Shown here: positions 38,917 to 48,954 of the stretch, piece by piece | Numbering within the stretch: position 1 is the stretch's first letter | Layout of the letters: every line of letters begins with the position of its first letter | Assembly: GCA_049969795.1 (NCBI GenBank) | Contig: JBMFOE010000003.1 | Coordinates: 11,184-75,183 of the forward strand | Reading direction: 5' to 3' | DNA length: 64,000 bases | DNA from: Desulfomonilaceae bacterium | GTDB taxonomy: Bacteria > Desulfobacterota > Desulfomonilia > Desulfomonilales > Desulfomonilaceae | The notes under the pieces: model-generated | What the model saw: only the letters and a program-made list of their open reading frames with translations | Told to the model about the DNA's origin: nothing | The model's database searches: none | Translations under genes and position numbers: made by a program

Positions 38917-40797
38917 TCATTGGATGCTCTGAACGCTTTCCAGCGCCGCTGAATCAGTTCGAGGGGTCTGGATGAGAGCATTGAACTCTTCTCCGTCGAT
39001 GGTTTCTTTTTCGAGCAAGCGGGAAGCCACCAGGTGCAAAAGGTTTTCGTGCGTCTTTAGCGTTTCCAGCGTCAGCCGAAGGCGCGAATCAACGATGGAG
39101 CGAACTTCCTGGTCGATTAAACGAGCCGTTTCCTCGCTTATTTCCTTGGGAGGCAAGAAAGGTTGCTGAGGCAGGAAAGGGGTTGGCGCGTTTTGGTACG
39201 CCACCGCGCCCAGGGTCTCAGTCATCCCATATAGGGTTACCATGCTGCGGGCAATGTCGGTGGCCCGCTGAAGATCGTTCTGGGCGCCGGTGGTGACATC
39301 TTGGAATATCAGTTGTTCCGCTGCTCTTCCGCCGAGGAGGACGTCTATTTTTTCCAACAATTCCTTGCGAGACATCAAGTATCTGTCTTCAGTTGGTAAT
39401 TGGAGCGTGAAGCCCAGGGCGCCTATGCCTCGCGGCACGATGGAAATCTTGTGCACCTTTTCAGCTGTCTCTCGGAACGCGGCCACCAAGGCATGGCCTG
39501 TCTCATGATACGCAACCGTCTTTTTCTCTAGGTCGTTAAGGACGCGATTTTTCTTCTCTAGTCCTGCAATAATTCGGTCAATGGCCTCTTCCAGTTCTTG
39601 CGGCCCGACGCTCTGCCTGTTTTTGCGCGCCGCGAGCAAGGCAGCTTCATTGATGAGGTTCGCCAAGTCTGCGCCTGTGAAACCGGGCGTACGACGAGCT
39701 ATCACTTCCAGGTCCACATCCGGGGAAAGGGTCACATTGCGCGTATGAACTTTGAGGATGTCAATCCTCCCTTTGAGGTCAGGCCGATCCACAAGGATAT
39801 GTCTGTCGAATCGCCCAGGTCGCAGCAGCGCCGGGTCAAGGATCTCAGGCCTGTTGGTGGCTGCAAGGATTACCACCCCTTGGTTCGCTTGAAATCCGTC
39901 CATTTCAACTAGCAACTGATTCAAGGTCTGTTCCCGCTCATCATGGCCCGCGAGCGTCCCAGTCCCCCGAGCCTTCCCCAAGGCGTCTAACTCGTCGATG
40001 AAAACCAGGCAGGGAGCCATCTTACTGGCCTGTTCAAAGAGGTCTCTGACCCGCGCCGCGCCCAGACCCACAAACATTTCAATGAAATCCGAGCCGCTGA
40101 TGGAGAAAAAAGGCACGCCAGCTTCCCCTGCTACCGCTTTTGCCAACAGGGTTTTCCCTGTGCCGGGCGGTCCAACCAGGAGGACGCCTTTGGGTATCTT
40201 TGCCCCCAGACGAGTGAAACGATCGGGGTTTTGGAGAAATTCCAGAATCTCCTGAAGTTCTTGTTTGGCTTCGTCTTGGCCTGCAACGTCCTGAAAGGTC
40301 ACTCCCACGTCAGTCTGGGCAACGATTTTTGCCTTGTTTTTGCCCAAGGTCATGATTCCTGACCCCTGCCCCATCTTTTTCATTGCCCACACCCAGATCC
40401 CCACAAAGATCACGGACGGAAGAATCCAGGACAGCAGATTCATGAGGAACGTGTTTTCGTTCTCCGCAATGATTTCGACATTATTCTGTTCAAGAAAATC
40501 GATGAGATTCTTGTCGTCAACCCGCGGCGTCCTGTACACAGAGGCTGGGAACAGCGGCTCGGTCGTCTGGCCTTTCATCTTCTCATAGCCTTTCAGGAAA
40601 TGCGTTGAAACCACCACGCTGGTGATGTTTCCATCGGCTATCAAACGCTTGAATTTCGAGTAGGAAACGTTCTCTATTTTCGGGGAGAGCCAACTTTGTA
40701 AGAGGGTGAGGATAAGGAACGCGATCAAAATGTAAGCGATGGAAAAGGATGTCTTGGTTTTCATGTCTTTTGGATTTTTCATGAAAGTGTTCCTCAT
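38917..40797 (-). CDS. ftsH: ATP-dependent zinc metalloprotease FtsH
   Basis: Walker [19 protein letters not shown], the SRH region and HETGHAL (HExxH). Confidence 0.95.
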   Translation of the reverse strand: MRNTFMKNPKDMKTKTSFSIAYILIAFLILTLLQSWLSPKIENVSYSKFKRLIADGNITSVVVSTHFLKGYEKMKGQTTEPLFPASVYRTPRVDDKNLIDFLEQNNVEIIAENENTFLMNLLSWILPSVIFVGIWVWAMKKMGQGSGIMTLGKNKAKIVAQTDVGVTFQDVAGQDEAKQELQEILEFLQNPDRFTRLGAKIPKGVLLVGPPGTGKTLLAKAVAGEAGVPFFSISGSDFIEMFVGLGAARVRDLFEQASKMAPCLVFIDELDALGKARGTGTLAGHDEREQTLNQLLVEMDGFQANQGVVILAATNRPEILDPALLRPGRFDRHILVDRPDLKGRIDILKVHTRNVTLSPDVDLEVIARRTPGFTGADLANLINEAALLAARKNRQSVGPQELEEAIDRIIAGLEKKNRVLNDLEKKTVAYHETGHALVAAFRETAEKVHKISIVPRGIGALGFTLQLPTEDRYLMSRKELLEKIDVLLGGRAAEQLIFQDVTTGAQNDLQRATDIARSMVTLYGMTETLGAVAYQNAPTPFLPQQPFLPPKEISEETARLIDQEVRSIVDSRLRLTLETLKTHENLLHLVASRLLEKETIDGEEFNALIQTPRTDSAALESVQSIQ

Positions 40798-40847
40798 AGC
40801 CTGAGCTGATCCGCGGGCAATCGCTATACCAACGCGCTGAAAAATAT

Positions 40848-40913
40848 GTCATGCCGCATCCGAGGAGCGTCCAGAAATTCTGGGCTGGATGGCCGCTCCG
40901 AGCGGAAGACATG
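40848..40913 (+). repeat. family A-related repeat
   Basis: GTCATGCCGCATCCGAGGAGCGTCC...TGGATGGCCGCTCCGAGCGGAAGACATG shares its ends and layout with 19583-19650. Confidence 0.55.
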
Positions 40914-41036
40914 AAATCAACGCCCATGCCTCTATATGTCTTGTTTCGAGACACGCGGAAAGCAGTATATAATTTTTCTCAAAATTTATCACGGAGATTG
41001 CGTCGCTTTGCCCTCATTAATTAATCAAGGGCAGCC

Positions 41037-41075
41037 TTGTCGTTGCGAAGAGCCGAAGCGACTAAGCAATCTCAG
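41037..41075 (+). repeat. family B repeat
   Basis: TTGTCGTTGCGAAGAGCCGAAGCGACTAAGCAATCTCAG, compare 23531-23570. Confidence 0.7.
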
Positions 41076-41157
41076 CTTACATCAATCGTGCAGACAGGCC
41101 GTTGTCGATGCGCGGTTTTCTTCGAGACCTGTTGTTACACGGACAACACATGGAGAG

Positions 41158-42360
41158 TCATTCTGGAAGGTCTTCGACTCGAGTCACTAGCCCGTCCCTG
41201 CTGCACCAGTAACGTCTCCCATGCCAGTCGATAAAACCCCTGAATATTGAGTGTAGGAAGATGAAAGCCCCTGAAAAAAGGAGCGGAAACAACGACAGCA
41301 GCCATGCGGCAACAGCAATATGCGGCGTCACAAGCTTTCTCGCAAGCAGCATCAAAATCATCATGCCGCCGACCAATCCTAAGCCCGCGTACTGAAGAGC
41401 GTTGCCACTTTCATGCGCGAGAAAAAAGCGCGCCCCTTCCCACAACGCCAAGGGTACAGCAATGGCGAGGTTCACGTATAAAACGAGAAGCGTTCCCCAC
41501 ATCTCATGATTCGTGAACTTCGGAAACATGATTTGCCTGTCGAGATACCCGAGCAACGACCGGAACGAATGATTCCTGAGAGGCGAGATGAGGAGGTTTT
41601 TGGGGTCCATCGATACCTTGACGCCCGCTCGAGCGAGGAGATTCCCCAGCACCAAATCGTCCACCACCGTTTTTGACCACACGTCTCTGATGGGCAATGT
41701 TTCCAAGATAGCTCGCCTAATTCCGGTGCCGCCTCCCCAGGGTTTTGGGGCAACTGACGCCAAGAGAAGCACGACCACCCCATACATCGTCTGGGTAACT
41801 CCCGCAATGTTTTGAGGCCGAGGGAAAAAGCGTCGGAAGGTGGTGACAACCTCGGATTCGCCGCTTCGCAAAAGCCTCGTGAATCGCCTGAGCCACTCCG
41901 GCGGCGCCGCATTCGTACTGTCGCAGAACACTACAATCTCAGTCTCGGGTTTCAAGTTTGAAAGCGCGTACACGAGATTGTGGTTTTTTTGTCCGCAGCC
42001 GGCGGCGATGCCTGCAATGAGTTTTCTGGCATGTTGGTATTCCGTGCAGAGCTGATCGATGGCCGATGAGGCGAGGTCATCCTCGCTTTCGACGACAAGC
42101 GTCACCGTATATGAGGGGTATTCCTGTTCCAAAAGGGTTTGAAGCGCATTTTTTTGGTCAGCATTCGCGCCTTTTACAGGCACGATGATTTCTATGGGAG
42201 GCGTGTGAAGGCTGTTCTCTGAGACGTCTCGCTTGCGAAACGCGATCCATACCTTGATAAGACCAGCGTACAACAAGATGTAGGCGGGAACAGCCAAAGA
42301 AAAAGCCGCGATCGACGCGACATGAAGGTATTCGATTGAGTGCGTCACCAAATTACACAA
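41158..42360 (-). CDS. membrane glycosyltransferase, GT-A fold (GT2/GT21, ceramide glucosyltransferase/HpnI-like)
   Basis: N-terminal TM helix, then IEIIVPVKGANADQ...YTVTLVVESEDD...VFCDSTN (DxD-like) and C-terminal TM helices. The exact start is ambiguous: TTG/GTG within 42346-42360. Confidence 0.6.
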   Translation of the reverse strand: MCNLVTHSIEYLHVASIAAFSLAVPAYILLYAGLIKVWIAFRKRDVSENSLHTPPIEIIVPVKGANADQKNALQTLLEQEYPSYTVTLVVESEDDLASSAIDQLCTEYQHARKLIAGIAAGCGQKNHNLVYALSNLKPETEIVVFCDSTNAAPPEWLRRFTRLLRSGESEVVTTFRRFFPRPQNIAGVTQTMYGVVVLLLASVAPKPWGGGTGIRRAILETLPIRDVWSKTVVDDLVLGNLLARAGVKVSMDPKNLLISPLRNHSFRSLLGYLDRQIMFPKFTNHEMWGTLLVLYVNLAIAVPLALWEGARFFLAHESGNALQYAGLGLVGGMMILMLLARKLVTPHIAVAAWLLSLFPLLFSGAFIFLHSIFRGFIDWHGRRYWCSRDGLVTRVEDLPE

Positions 42361-42695
42361 TCCTCACTCTTCCACAAATCGGCGCGGACAAAGAATACTC
42401 GATAATGCTTTGCGCGACCAGCCCCTGTGAGCCGAAACGTTTGGGCCGATTGCTCAAAATTTATCTCGAGACTGCTTTGCTTTGTTTCCGATGACGTATC
42501 GGTAAGCTTCCTGTCGTTGGGAGGATCCCAAGACGACGACGCAAGCTCAGCGCACCTCGATCGGACACAGACACCTCGATCCATACCCGATTCGCATGGA
42601 GAACCGCTGGGAGAGAGCTACGCGTTGGGTGAGCCGGGGGTCGGATGTGGGAGGGCGACTCCCCAAAGGCGGCGCGATATAAAGAGAGGAGAATC

Positions 42696-43802
42696 TTACT
42701 CTTGCACGCTTACCTTCACGGTGCAGGTCATGCCGTCCTTAATTATTCCACCCGGATTCTCATCGAGCAGGCACTCGACATCGTAATCGGCCGGCACCTC
42801 GAGGGCGGGGTTGCGGCTTGTGAAGGGTATGCGGTCAATCCGGCAGGAAAACTTCTTGTCTGTTATCGCATCGAAGATCACGGTGGCCCTATCGCCGGTT
42901 TTCAGCTTTACGAGATCCAATTCGTGCACCTTGCACCGTACAAGAAGCGGGTCAATAGGGGCGATCACCATAGCTTGAAAACCATTGGGCAGTTGGGCCT
43001 GCGGCCTGAATTCAGGGTTGATTCGCAAGACCACGCCGTCGATGGGGGATTTGAGGAACGCCTGCTTGAGGTCTTTATCTTGGTCTTTGGGCCCAAACGG
43101 TCGGTTCAGTTGCCACTCCAAGAGCGCGATGGAATTTGTGTAGGTTCCGAGGGCAAAGTCGTAGTTTTCTTTGGCCACCTTCCTGGCTGCCCGAGTCTGC
43201 TCGATATTCTTCTCCAGATCTGCCTTTTCTTTCTCGGCAACCTGAAGCTGGTTCTCAAGGTTTTTGACCGCAGAATCCTGCACCAGATCTTTTCCGCGGA
43301 GTTCCTTGATGTTGCTCAACTCCCGTTTAATTTTGTCCAGCGCAATCTGTTTGATGGGAAGGGCTATTTCTTCGAGTTTTTTCAGGGCCATTTCAGTATC
43401 AGCCAAGGCCTTTTTGGCGTTGTCCACGTTCGCGGTTTTCACCACATTATACACATGGGCCAGCGATTGAGGATCGAGTTCGTACTCGGCGAGTATGTCC
43501 CCTGTCTTCACGTTTTGTCCTTCCGTGACTTTTACGTCCTTCACCACGCCCCCAAGGTACATGACAATTGGCCTTTTGAATACGGAAAAACTCTTTCCCC
43601 GCAACTGGATCTCAAGTTCGGATTTGGCGTCTGCTATTTGAGGGACAATAGCCGCTTTCGCTGGCATAGGACTCGACACCGCCTTTTTTGGTTCCTGGGT
43701 TATGGCAACGAGCGCCAACGAACTCAACGCCACCAAAACGGCAAGCGTGACGCCCAGTCCTCTCGCCATGCGCCGGGGTCTCTCAGTATTGAATTCCGGC
43801 AT
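42696..43802 (-). CDS. HlyD-family / efflux periplasmic adaptor (membrane fusion) protein
   Basis: Signal anchor, a lipoyl-like hairpin (VKVTEGQNVKTGDILAEY ... SPIDGVV), a long coiled coil and a beta-barrel C-terminus. Confidence 0.7.
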   Translation of the reverse strand: MPEFNTERPRRMARGLGVTLAVLVALSSLALVAITQEPKKAVSSPMPAKAAIVPQIADAKSELEIQLRGKSFSVFKRPIVMYLGGVVKDVKVTEGQNVKTGDILAEYELDPQSLAHVYNVVKTANVDNAKKALADTEMALKKLEEIALPIKQIALDKIKRELSNIKELRGKDLVQDSAVKNLENQLQVAEKEKADLEKNIEQTRAARKVAKENYDFALGTYTNSIALLEWQLNRPFGPKDQDKDLKQAFLKSPIDGVVLRINPEFRPQAQLPNGFQAMVIAPIDPLLVRCKVHELDLVKLKTGDRATVIFDAITDKKFSCRIDRIPFTSRNPALEVPADYDVECLLDENPGGIIKDGMTCTVKVSVQE

Positions 43803-45177
43803 TGTACCTGTTCAAACCTCCCGAAATAGTGGCTAACTCTATCAAGGCGTTTACCCTCTCCATCACGGCATTCAAGGCTCCCAAGCGCGCCTGAACCTTT
43901 GCGACGCCCTGATCCATGTATAGATCGTAGGTGAGCGTTCCCGCTTTGTATTGACTCAGAGCCCTTTCTTCCGAAGCCTCGGCCAGATTCATCTGCTCCC
44001 TGGCATAGCCCTCTTTTTCCACCGCAAGCTTGATTTCCGATCGCAGGGCTCGGAATCTGTCGTACAACTGCTGTGCAACCTCGTTGCGTTCTATTCTGAT
44101 TTGACTGGCCCTTAGTTTTTGCCGCTTGATGTCCCTCACCCTGCGGAAACCGTCCCACAGCGTGTAGTCCAGCCCCACGCCAAAAGTAGTTCCGGAAGTT
44201 GCATCCACCGGGTTATTGAGGTCTTGGAAAATCACTACCGGTCGCGGCAACAGGCGCAGATACGCGCCGGAGACCATATTGGATTGAAATTGCTCTCTTT
44301 TGGCGATGACCTTGAGGCCGAGGTTGCCGGCTTGGATATCGGCAAAGGTGATGTGGCTCCCATTAAATCCAAAAAGTATCTGATTCGCTGCATCCCTCGT
44401 ATCGAGCGGCAGATGAAAATCCGGGGGATATCCCATCATGATTTTGAGCTGCCGGGTCGCCTGGTCCATGGCGTTTTCCAGTCCCCTGATCTTGATCTCT
44501 TGGGCACGCTGGTTGTTGACAAGGGCGCGGGCTGCTATGGGATCATAGTCGCCCTGATCTTTTCTCGTGCGCGCATAATTCACCTTGTTCTTGAGCAACG
44601 CCGCAATTTGCCGCTCTGCGCGGATTGTCTTCTCCAACACGCTTATCCGGTAAAACAATTTAGCCATGTTGCCAATGTGTTCAGAAATCTTTTGTTGATG
44701 CGTGGTGGTGGCCGCGTCCACGAGGATCGCCTTGGCCTTGATCTTAACCAATGCGAGCATGGGATTGAAATTGGTCATCACGAGACTGGCAGAGAATTTC
44801 TGATTGCCTGCTGTACGATCGTTATAATTCCGCGTCCGGGTAAAATAGTAACGCGTTTGAACCTCGAGGGTCGGAAAAATTTCGGAATGAGCGTCCTTGA
44901 GGTCTGCGGATTGGATCTGGATCTCTAGTCGATTCTTTATAAGGGTTTCGGAGTGAACCAGCGCATAGCGTACGCAGGTAGGGAAATCGAAATACCCATA
45001 CGACACGGGCGCAACCTCGGGGCCCGCCGCGGCAGGCTGAGGAAAAATGGCGCTCAAGCTCATGAGCAGGGCTAGACTGCACAGCGCCGCCAGACGCGCA
45101 ACCCCTGCCGCGCACGAGATGCGTCGCTGCCTCGGCGCCCAAGTATCCCTCTCACGCCTCTTAGTCACAACATGCAC
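43783..45177 (-). CDS. TolC-family outer-membrane efflux protein
   Basis: Signal peptide and two OEP-type repeats with long helical segments. Overlaps the adaptor gene start by 20 nt. Confidence 0.7.
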   Translation of the reverse strand: MHVVTKRRERDTWAPRQRRISCAAGVARLAALCSLALLMSLSAIFPQPAAAGPEVAPVSYGYFDFPTCVRYALVHSETLIKNRLEIQIQSADLKDAHSEIFPTLEVQTRYYFTRTRNYNDRTAGNQKFSASLVMTNFNPMLALVKIKAKAILVDAATTTHQQKISEHIGNMAKLFYRISVLEKTIRAERQIAALLKNKVNYARTRKDQGDYDPIAARALVNNQRAQEIKIRGLENAMDQATRQLKIMMGYPPDFHLPLDTRDAANQILFGFNGSHITFADIQAGNLGLKVIAKREQFQSNMVSGAYLRLLPRPVVIFQDLNNPVDATSGTTFGVGLDYTLWDGFRRVRDIKRQKLRASQIRIERNEVAQQLYDRFRALRSEIKLAVEKEGYAREQMNLAEASEERALSQYKAGTLTYDLYMDQGVAKVQARLGALNAVMERVNALIELATISGGLNRYNAGIQY

Positions 45178-45564
45178 GAGACTTCCATACCCTTACGTCC
45201 CTTCACGTTAGGTCTAGGGACTGATTACAACAAAGCGATAAACCTGCATAAAAACCGCGCGCAGGACGGGCCTACGCTTTTGCGAGAAGTATAGCGAAAG
45301 GTCGAGGAAATGTCAACGACGATTTAGCGCATCAATATTGCTGATTCGAGCCTCGTGCGCCTAAAGCAGATCAAAATGACTTTAGAGGATATATTGGAAA
45401 TACTAGACGCGGTGAATAAATATAGTAAATATTACAAAGTGTGCGCTGTTGGCGCAATCCCGTGATGGAGCATGTTCATATCCCTGCTCGATGTCGTCAA
45501 ATGCAAGTCCTTCTCATGGCGAAACAGGCAGTGCCGCTTGTTGCGTCTCTGTTTCGGCCTCTCT

Positions 45565-46329
45565 TTACTCGGCATCAATGCTCGACGAAGCCAGCTTTTC
45601 CATAAACGAAAGCGTGTGCAGCTCCCCGCCGCGCAGAGACCTGACAAATGTGGACAATGCGGAGCGCAGTTCGCCGAGCGCGTGACGATTGAGGCGTATC
45701 CGCGCGGCGGAAACTCTGTCAAGAACGGGCGCTCTTCTTGCAACCGCCAGCGCCGCGGGAGACAGCATGATATACTCTTCTTGTCCTGCGTTAACGCACT
45801 GGAGATGGCACGCGCCGCCAGCCCTCGCATTGAAATAGGCGGGATGACCCTGGGCAAGTTCTTTACCGCATAGGGGACATGAGTCGAAACGTGGTCCGTA
45901 CCCGAGAAGGCCCAAGAATCGTAGTTCGTCCAACAATAGCATCACTGGCGTGGGGGTGGACGTTTCGAGATCGTGGAGGAACGCCAGTAAGAAATCGTAC
46001 ACCGCGGGATCCGGGTGCGCCTCTGGTACAAAGACGCATGTCAGCTCGACAAAATATTGCGCCCATGCGACTTTGTGAATATCGCGCCGGAGGTCGAGCC
46101 GCCCATCGAGGACGCATGACTCCTCTATCCACACGAGGCCGTCTCTCTTACGCGGGCGCAGGCGCATTTCAGTGAGCGACAAAGATTCGAGGTGTCCGGC
46201 GAATCTCCATCTGCTTTTCCGCGCGTTTTTGGCGATTCCCGTGATTCTCCCGAGTTCTTTGCTGAAAAAGACTACGAGTTGATCAGCTTCTCCGTAATCT
46301 TTTGTTCGGAGTATGATGGCAGTAGTCAT
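45565..46329 (-). CDS. recO: DNA repair protein RecO
   Basis: OB-fold N-terminus (ILRTKDYGEADQLVVFFSKELGRITGIAKNARKS) and a Cys motif CPLCG...CHLQC. Confidence 0.85.
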   Translation of the reverse strand: MTTAIILRTKDYGEADQLVVFFSKELGRITGIAKNARKSRWRFAGHLESLSLTEMRLRPRKRDGLVWIEESCVLDGRLDLRRDIHKVAWAQYFVELTCVFVPEAHPDPAVYDFLLAFLHDLETSTPTPVMLLLDELRFLGLLGYGPRFDSCPLCGKELAQGHPAYFNARAGGACHLQCVNAGQEEYIMLSPAALAVARRAPVLDRVSAARIRLNRHALGELRSALSTFVRSLRGGELHTLSFMEKLASSSIDAE

Positions 46330-46865
46330 TAATGGCTCACCAGGTTGGAACACGCGCACTGTGCTTGTCTCTTTTATGACTCTTTTGCGAATCGAGACGG
46401 CTCGCCTTTGTGCGTTATGCTCATCGGAAACGGGGCGCCGTCGTCAGATTCGGGGAAAGCCGATCATGCCGACGCGCCAATCGAGTATCCGGCTTCGGAT
46501 AGTCGCCGTGCTCACGCAGTTGGCCTCGGTTCCAGAAGTGACAGGGTGTGCGACGACGGCAGTCTTCATAATCCAGCCGAAGCCTTTGAGAGTGACTATA
46601 AACTGCACGCATCGAGTCAACAAGATACAAGCGGTCGGAAAATTTTGCCGATGGTTTGTTTTTCTCCGGCCAATGTATAGACTTAGTGTGCGCGCTCTCT
46701 GGGGCGCTGCGGTATTCGGCGCAGCTCAAAGCTCGTCGGTTGTAAGGAAAATTGTGCGCTCGTGAGCGGGGACGAACGGTCTCCCTCGCTGTCAATGCGA
46801 GTAGTCCTTATCATGGGGCAACCGTTCTTGGACGCGCACGGCGCAATGGAGTGAGGAACACAAAA

Positions 46866-47099
46866 ATGGCGCAGTGTTATCGTCATCCAGATCGAGAGGC
46901 TTCATACTACTGTCAGAAAGACGGGAACTACATGTGCGACGAATGTGCATGCTGCCACAGCCCTAATATCTATTGTCAATATCGTACGGCCTGTGTGATA
47001 AACATGCTCACCAAAGATGGGGAACTCTCCCCTTGCGACAAGAAACGCGCAGAGATGTCTGCGGGATCGAAACAGGGGGAACTGTCTCCAGGGGGCTGA
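46866..47099 (+). CDS. small B-box-type zinc-finger protein
   Basis: MAQCYRHPDREASYYCQKDGNYMCDECACCH is a Cys/His pattern typical of bacterial B-box zinc fingers. 77 aa, directly upstream of dnaJ. Confidence 0.5.
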   Translation: MAQCYRHPDREASYYCQKDGNYMCDECACCHSPNIYCQYRTACVINMLTKDGELSPCDKKRAEMSAGSKQGELSPGG

Positions 47100-47188
47100 C
47101 AAAATGACGCAGAATGATTATGAGCAATAATTGACATACTCAGGCAATTCTTTGTCGGTCTGTAAAAAAGCATTTCAGGTTGGGCGGC

Positions 47189-48286
47189 ATGACAAAACGT
47201 GACTATTACGAAGTCCTAGGGGTGAAGAAGAACGCGGGCCCGGACGAAATCAAAAAAGCGTACCGGAAAAAGGCGCTCCAATATCACCCCGACCGAAACA
47301 AAGGGGATAAACAGGCTGAGGAACTTTTCAAAGAAGCTGCAGAGGCTTATGAGGTCTTGAGCGATCCTGAGAAGAGACAACTTTATGATCGTTTTGGACA
47401 CGCGGGCTTGCAGCAGTCTGGATTCACAGGATTTCGGAACTTCGATGACATCTTTTCTTCCTTTGGCGACATTTTTGAGGAATTTTTCGGTTTCGGGGCC
47501 CGTGGCTCGAGGCGTTCGTCTGTGCGGCAGGGGGCCGACCTCCGTTACGATTTGCAGATTGACTTTATGGATGCCGCGAACGGGAAAGAGGTGGAGATAG
47601 ATGTATCCCGACACGAGGTGTGCCAGGAATGTTCAGGCATCGGAACAAAAGGGGGGACACAGCCATCGGTTTGCACTACATGCGGCGGCAGGGGGCAGGT
47701 GACGCGCTCTCAAGGCTTTTTCTCCATCAGTACGACATGTCCAACCTGCCAGGGAAGTGGAACCATCATCACTGATCCTTGTACTCACTGCAGAGGTACG
47801 GGTCGGGTATTGGCGACCAAAAAGTTGTCCATCCGCGTTCCCCCAGGCGTGGAGACTGGATCTCGACTCCGACTTCAAGGCGAGGGAGAGCCTGGCGATC
47901 CGGGCGCGCCGCCGGGGGACCTTTACGTATTCATTCATGTGAAGGAACACGAGTTTTTTAGGCGGCATGGCGACGACGTGGTGGTCGAGGTTCCCATCAC
48001 CTATACCGTCGCTGCCCTTGGAGGGCAGATCATGATTCCAACGCTCGAGGGACCTGAGCCCTTCCAAGTCCCCAAAGGTACCCAGTCCGGCCAGCAGTTT
48101 CGCATTCCCCAAAAGGGCATGCCCCACTTGCGGGGCAGAGGTCGAGGAGACCTCATCCCCATCCTCTATATAGAGACCCCCACGAAACTCAGTAAGGAAG
48201 AGGAAAATCTTCTCAGACGATTGGCCGAGATTGAAGGTTCGAAGGTATCGCCCAAGAAAAAGGGGTTCTTCATGAGGAATTCGTAG
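47189..48286 (+). CDS. dnaJ: molecular chaperone DnaJ
   Basis: J domain (DYYEVLGV...HPDRN), G/F region and four CxxCxGxG repeats. Confidence 0.95.
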   Translation: MTKRDYYEVLGVKKNAGPDEIKKAYRKKALQYHPDRNKGDKQAEELFKEAAEAYEVLSDPEKRQLYDRFGHAGLQQSGFTGFRNFDDIFSSFGDIFEEFFGFGARGSRRSSVRQGADLRYDLQIDFMDAANGKEVEIDVSRHEVCQECSGIGTKGGTQPSVCTTCGGRGQVTRSQGFFSISTTCPTCQGSGTIITDPCTHCRGTGRVLATKKLSIRVPPGVETGSRLRLQGEGEPGDPGAPPGDLYVFIHVKEHEFFRRHGDDVVVEVPITYTVAALGGQIMIPTLEGPEPFQVPKGTQSGQQFRIPQKGMPHLRGRGRGDLIPILYIETPTKLSKEEENLLRRLAEIEGSKVSPKKKGFFMRNS

Positions 48287-48360
48287 CTCGCGTGCAGGAA
48301 GTTTCGCCACAGCGCCTGGAAGCTGAACCAGCCCCAAGGGCCTGAAGACCAAGGAATACG

Positions 48361-48858
48361 ATGGACCAGCAACGGATAATAGTACTCGGGGTAGGGAACA
48401 TCCTCCTCCATGACGAAGGTTTTGGAGTGCGGGTCGTAGAAGAGCTCGACAGGCGCTACTCGTTCCCGCCTCACGTGCGGGTAGTGGACGGCGGCACGCA
48501 AGGACTCTGGCTTCTGTCAACCCTTCAAGAAGCGGATGATTTAATAGTGATAGATGCGGTTCTCGGCGATGGTCCCCCAGGCTCGCTCTACGTCCTACAA
48601 AGAGAAGACCTTCCCAAAGGGCTCCGCATGAAACAATCCGCGCACGATTCCGATCTCGTGGAGGCGCTCAATCTGTGCACGCTGCTGGAAACGGGCCCCG
48701 CGCACGTCGTGGTCTTAGGGGTAGAACCCGAGAACATCCAGCCATATGGGTTGGAGCTCACTCCCGCCGTTGCCGCAAGAGTGGACGACGTTATCCAAAT
48801 GGTTTTGCATGAACTAGAAAAAAGGGGCGTTCACCCACAAAAAAAGTTGGAGCAATGA
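48361..48858 (+). CDS. hydrogenase maturation protease (HyaD/HybD family)
   Basis: IIVLGVGNILLHDEGFGVRVVEEL and DAVLGDGPPGS motifs. Confidence 0.8.
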   Translation: MDQQRIIVLGVGNILLHDEGFGVRVVEELDRRYSFPPHVRVVDGGTQGLWLLSTLQEADDLIVIDAVLGDGPPGSLYVLQREDLPKGLRMKQSAHDSDLVEALNLCTLLETGPAHVVVLGVEPENIQPYGLELTPAVAARVDDVIQMVLHELEKRGVHPQKKLEQ

Positions 48859-48954
48859 CCCTGCTATGCTATGCTGCCGTTCCATGATTTATTGTGATCC
48901 GGTTGAGGTCAGTCCTCAGCCGTGGATAAAACGATACCATCGAGGAGGCTTGGT

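Noticed and set aside
42645-43829. 394-aa plus-strand ORF
   Set aside because: Antisense to the HlyD-family adaptor gene. The sequence is repetitive (Phe/Leu/Gly-rich) with no recognisable domain.
46421-46795. 124-aa minus-strand ORF upstream of recO (candidate small gene)
   Set aside because: TTG start without an RBS, about 20 percent Arg, and no recognisable motif. A 41-aa ATG ORF in another frame (MKTAVVAHPVTSG...) is equally unsupported. Left as non-coding pending BLASTX.
47100-47188. CIRCE/HrcA operator or RpoH promoter upstream of dnaJ
   Set aside because: There is no TTAGCACTC-N9-GAGTGCTAA-like inverted repeat and no CTTGAAA/CCCCAT pair. Only an isolated TTGACA with no suitably spaced -10 was seen.
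47633-48520. 295-aa minus-strand ORF
   Set aside because: Antisense to dnaJ and the hydrogenase protease gene. Arg/Pro/Leu-rich shadow ORF.
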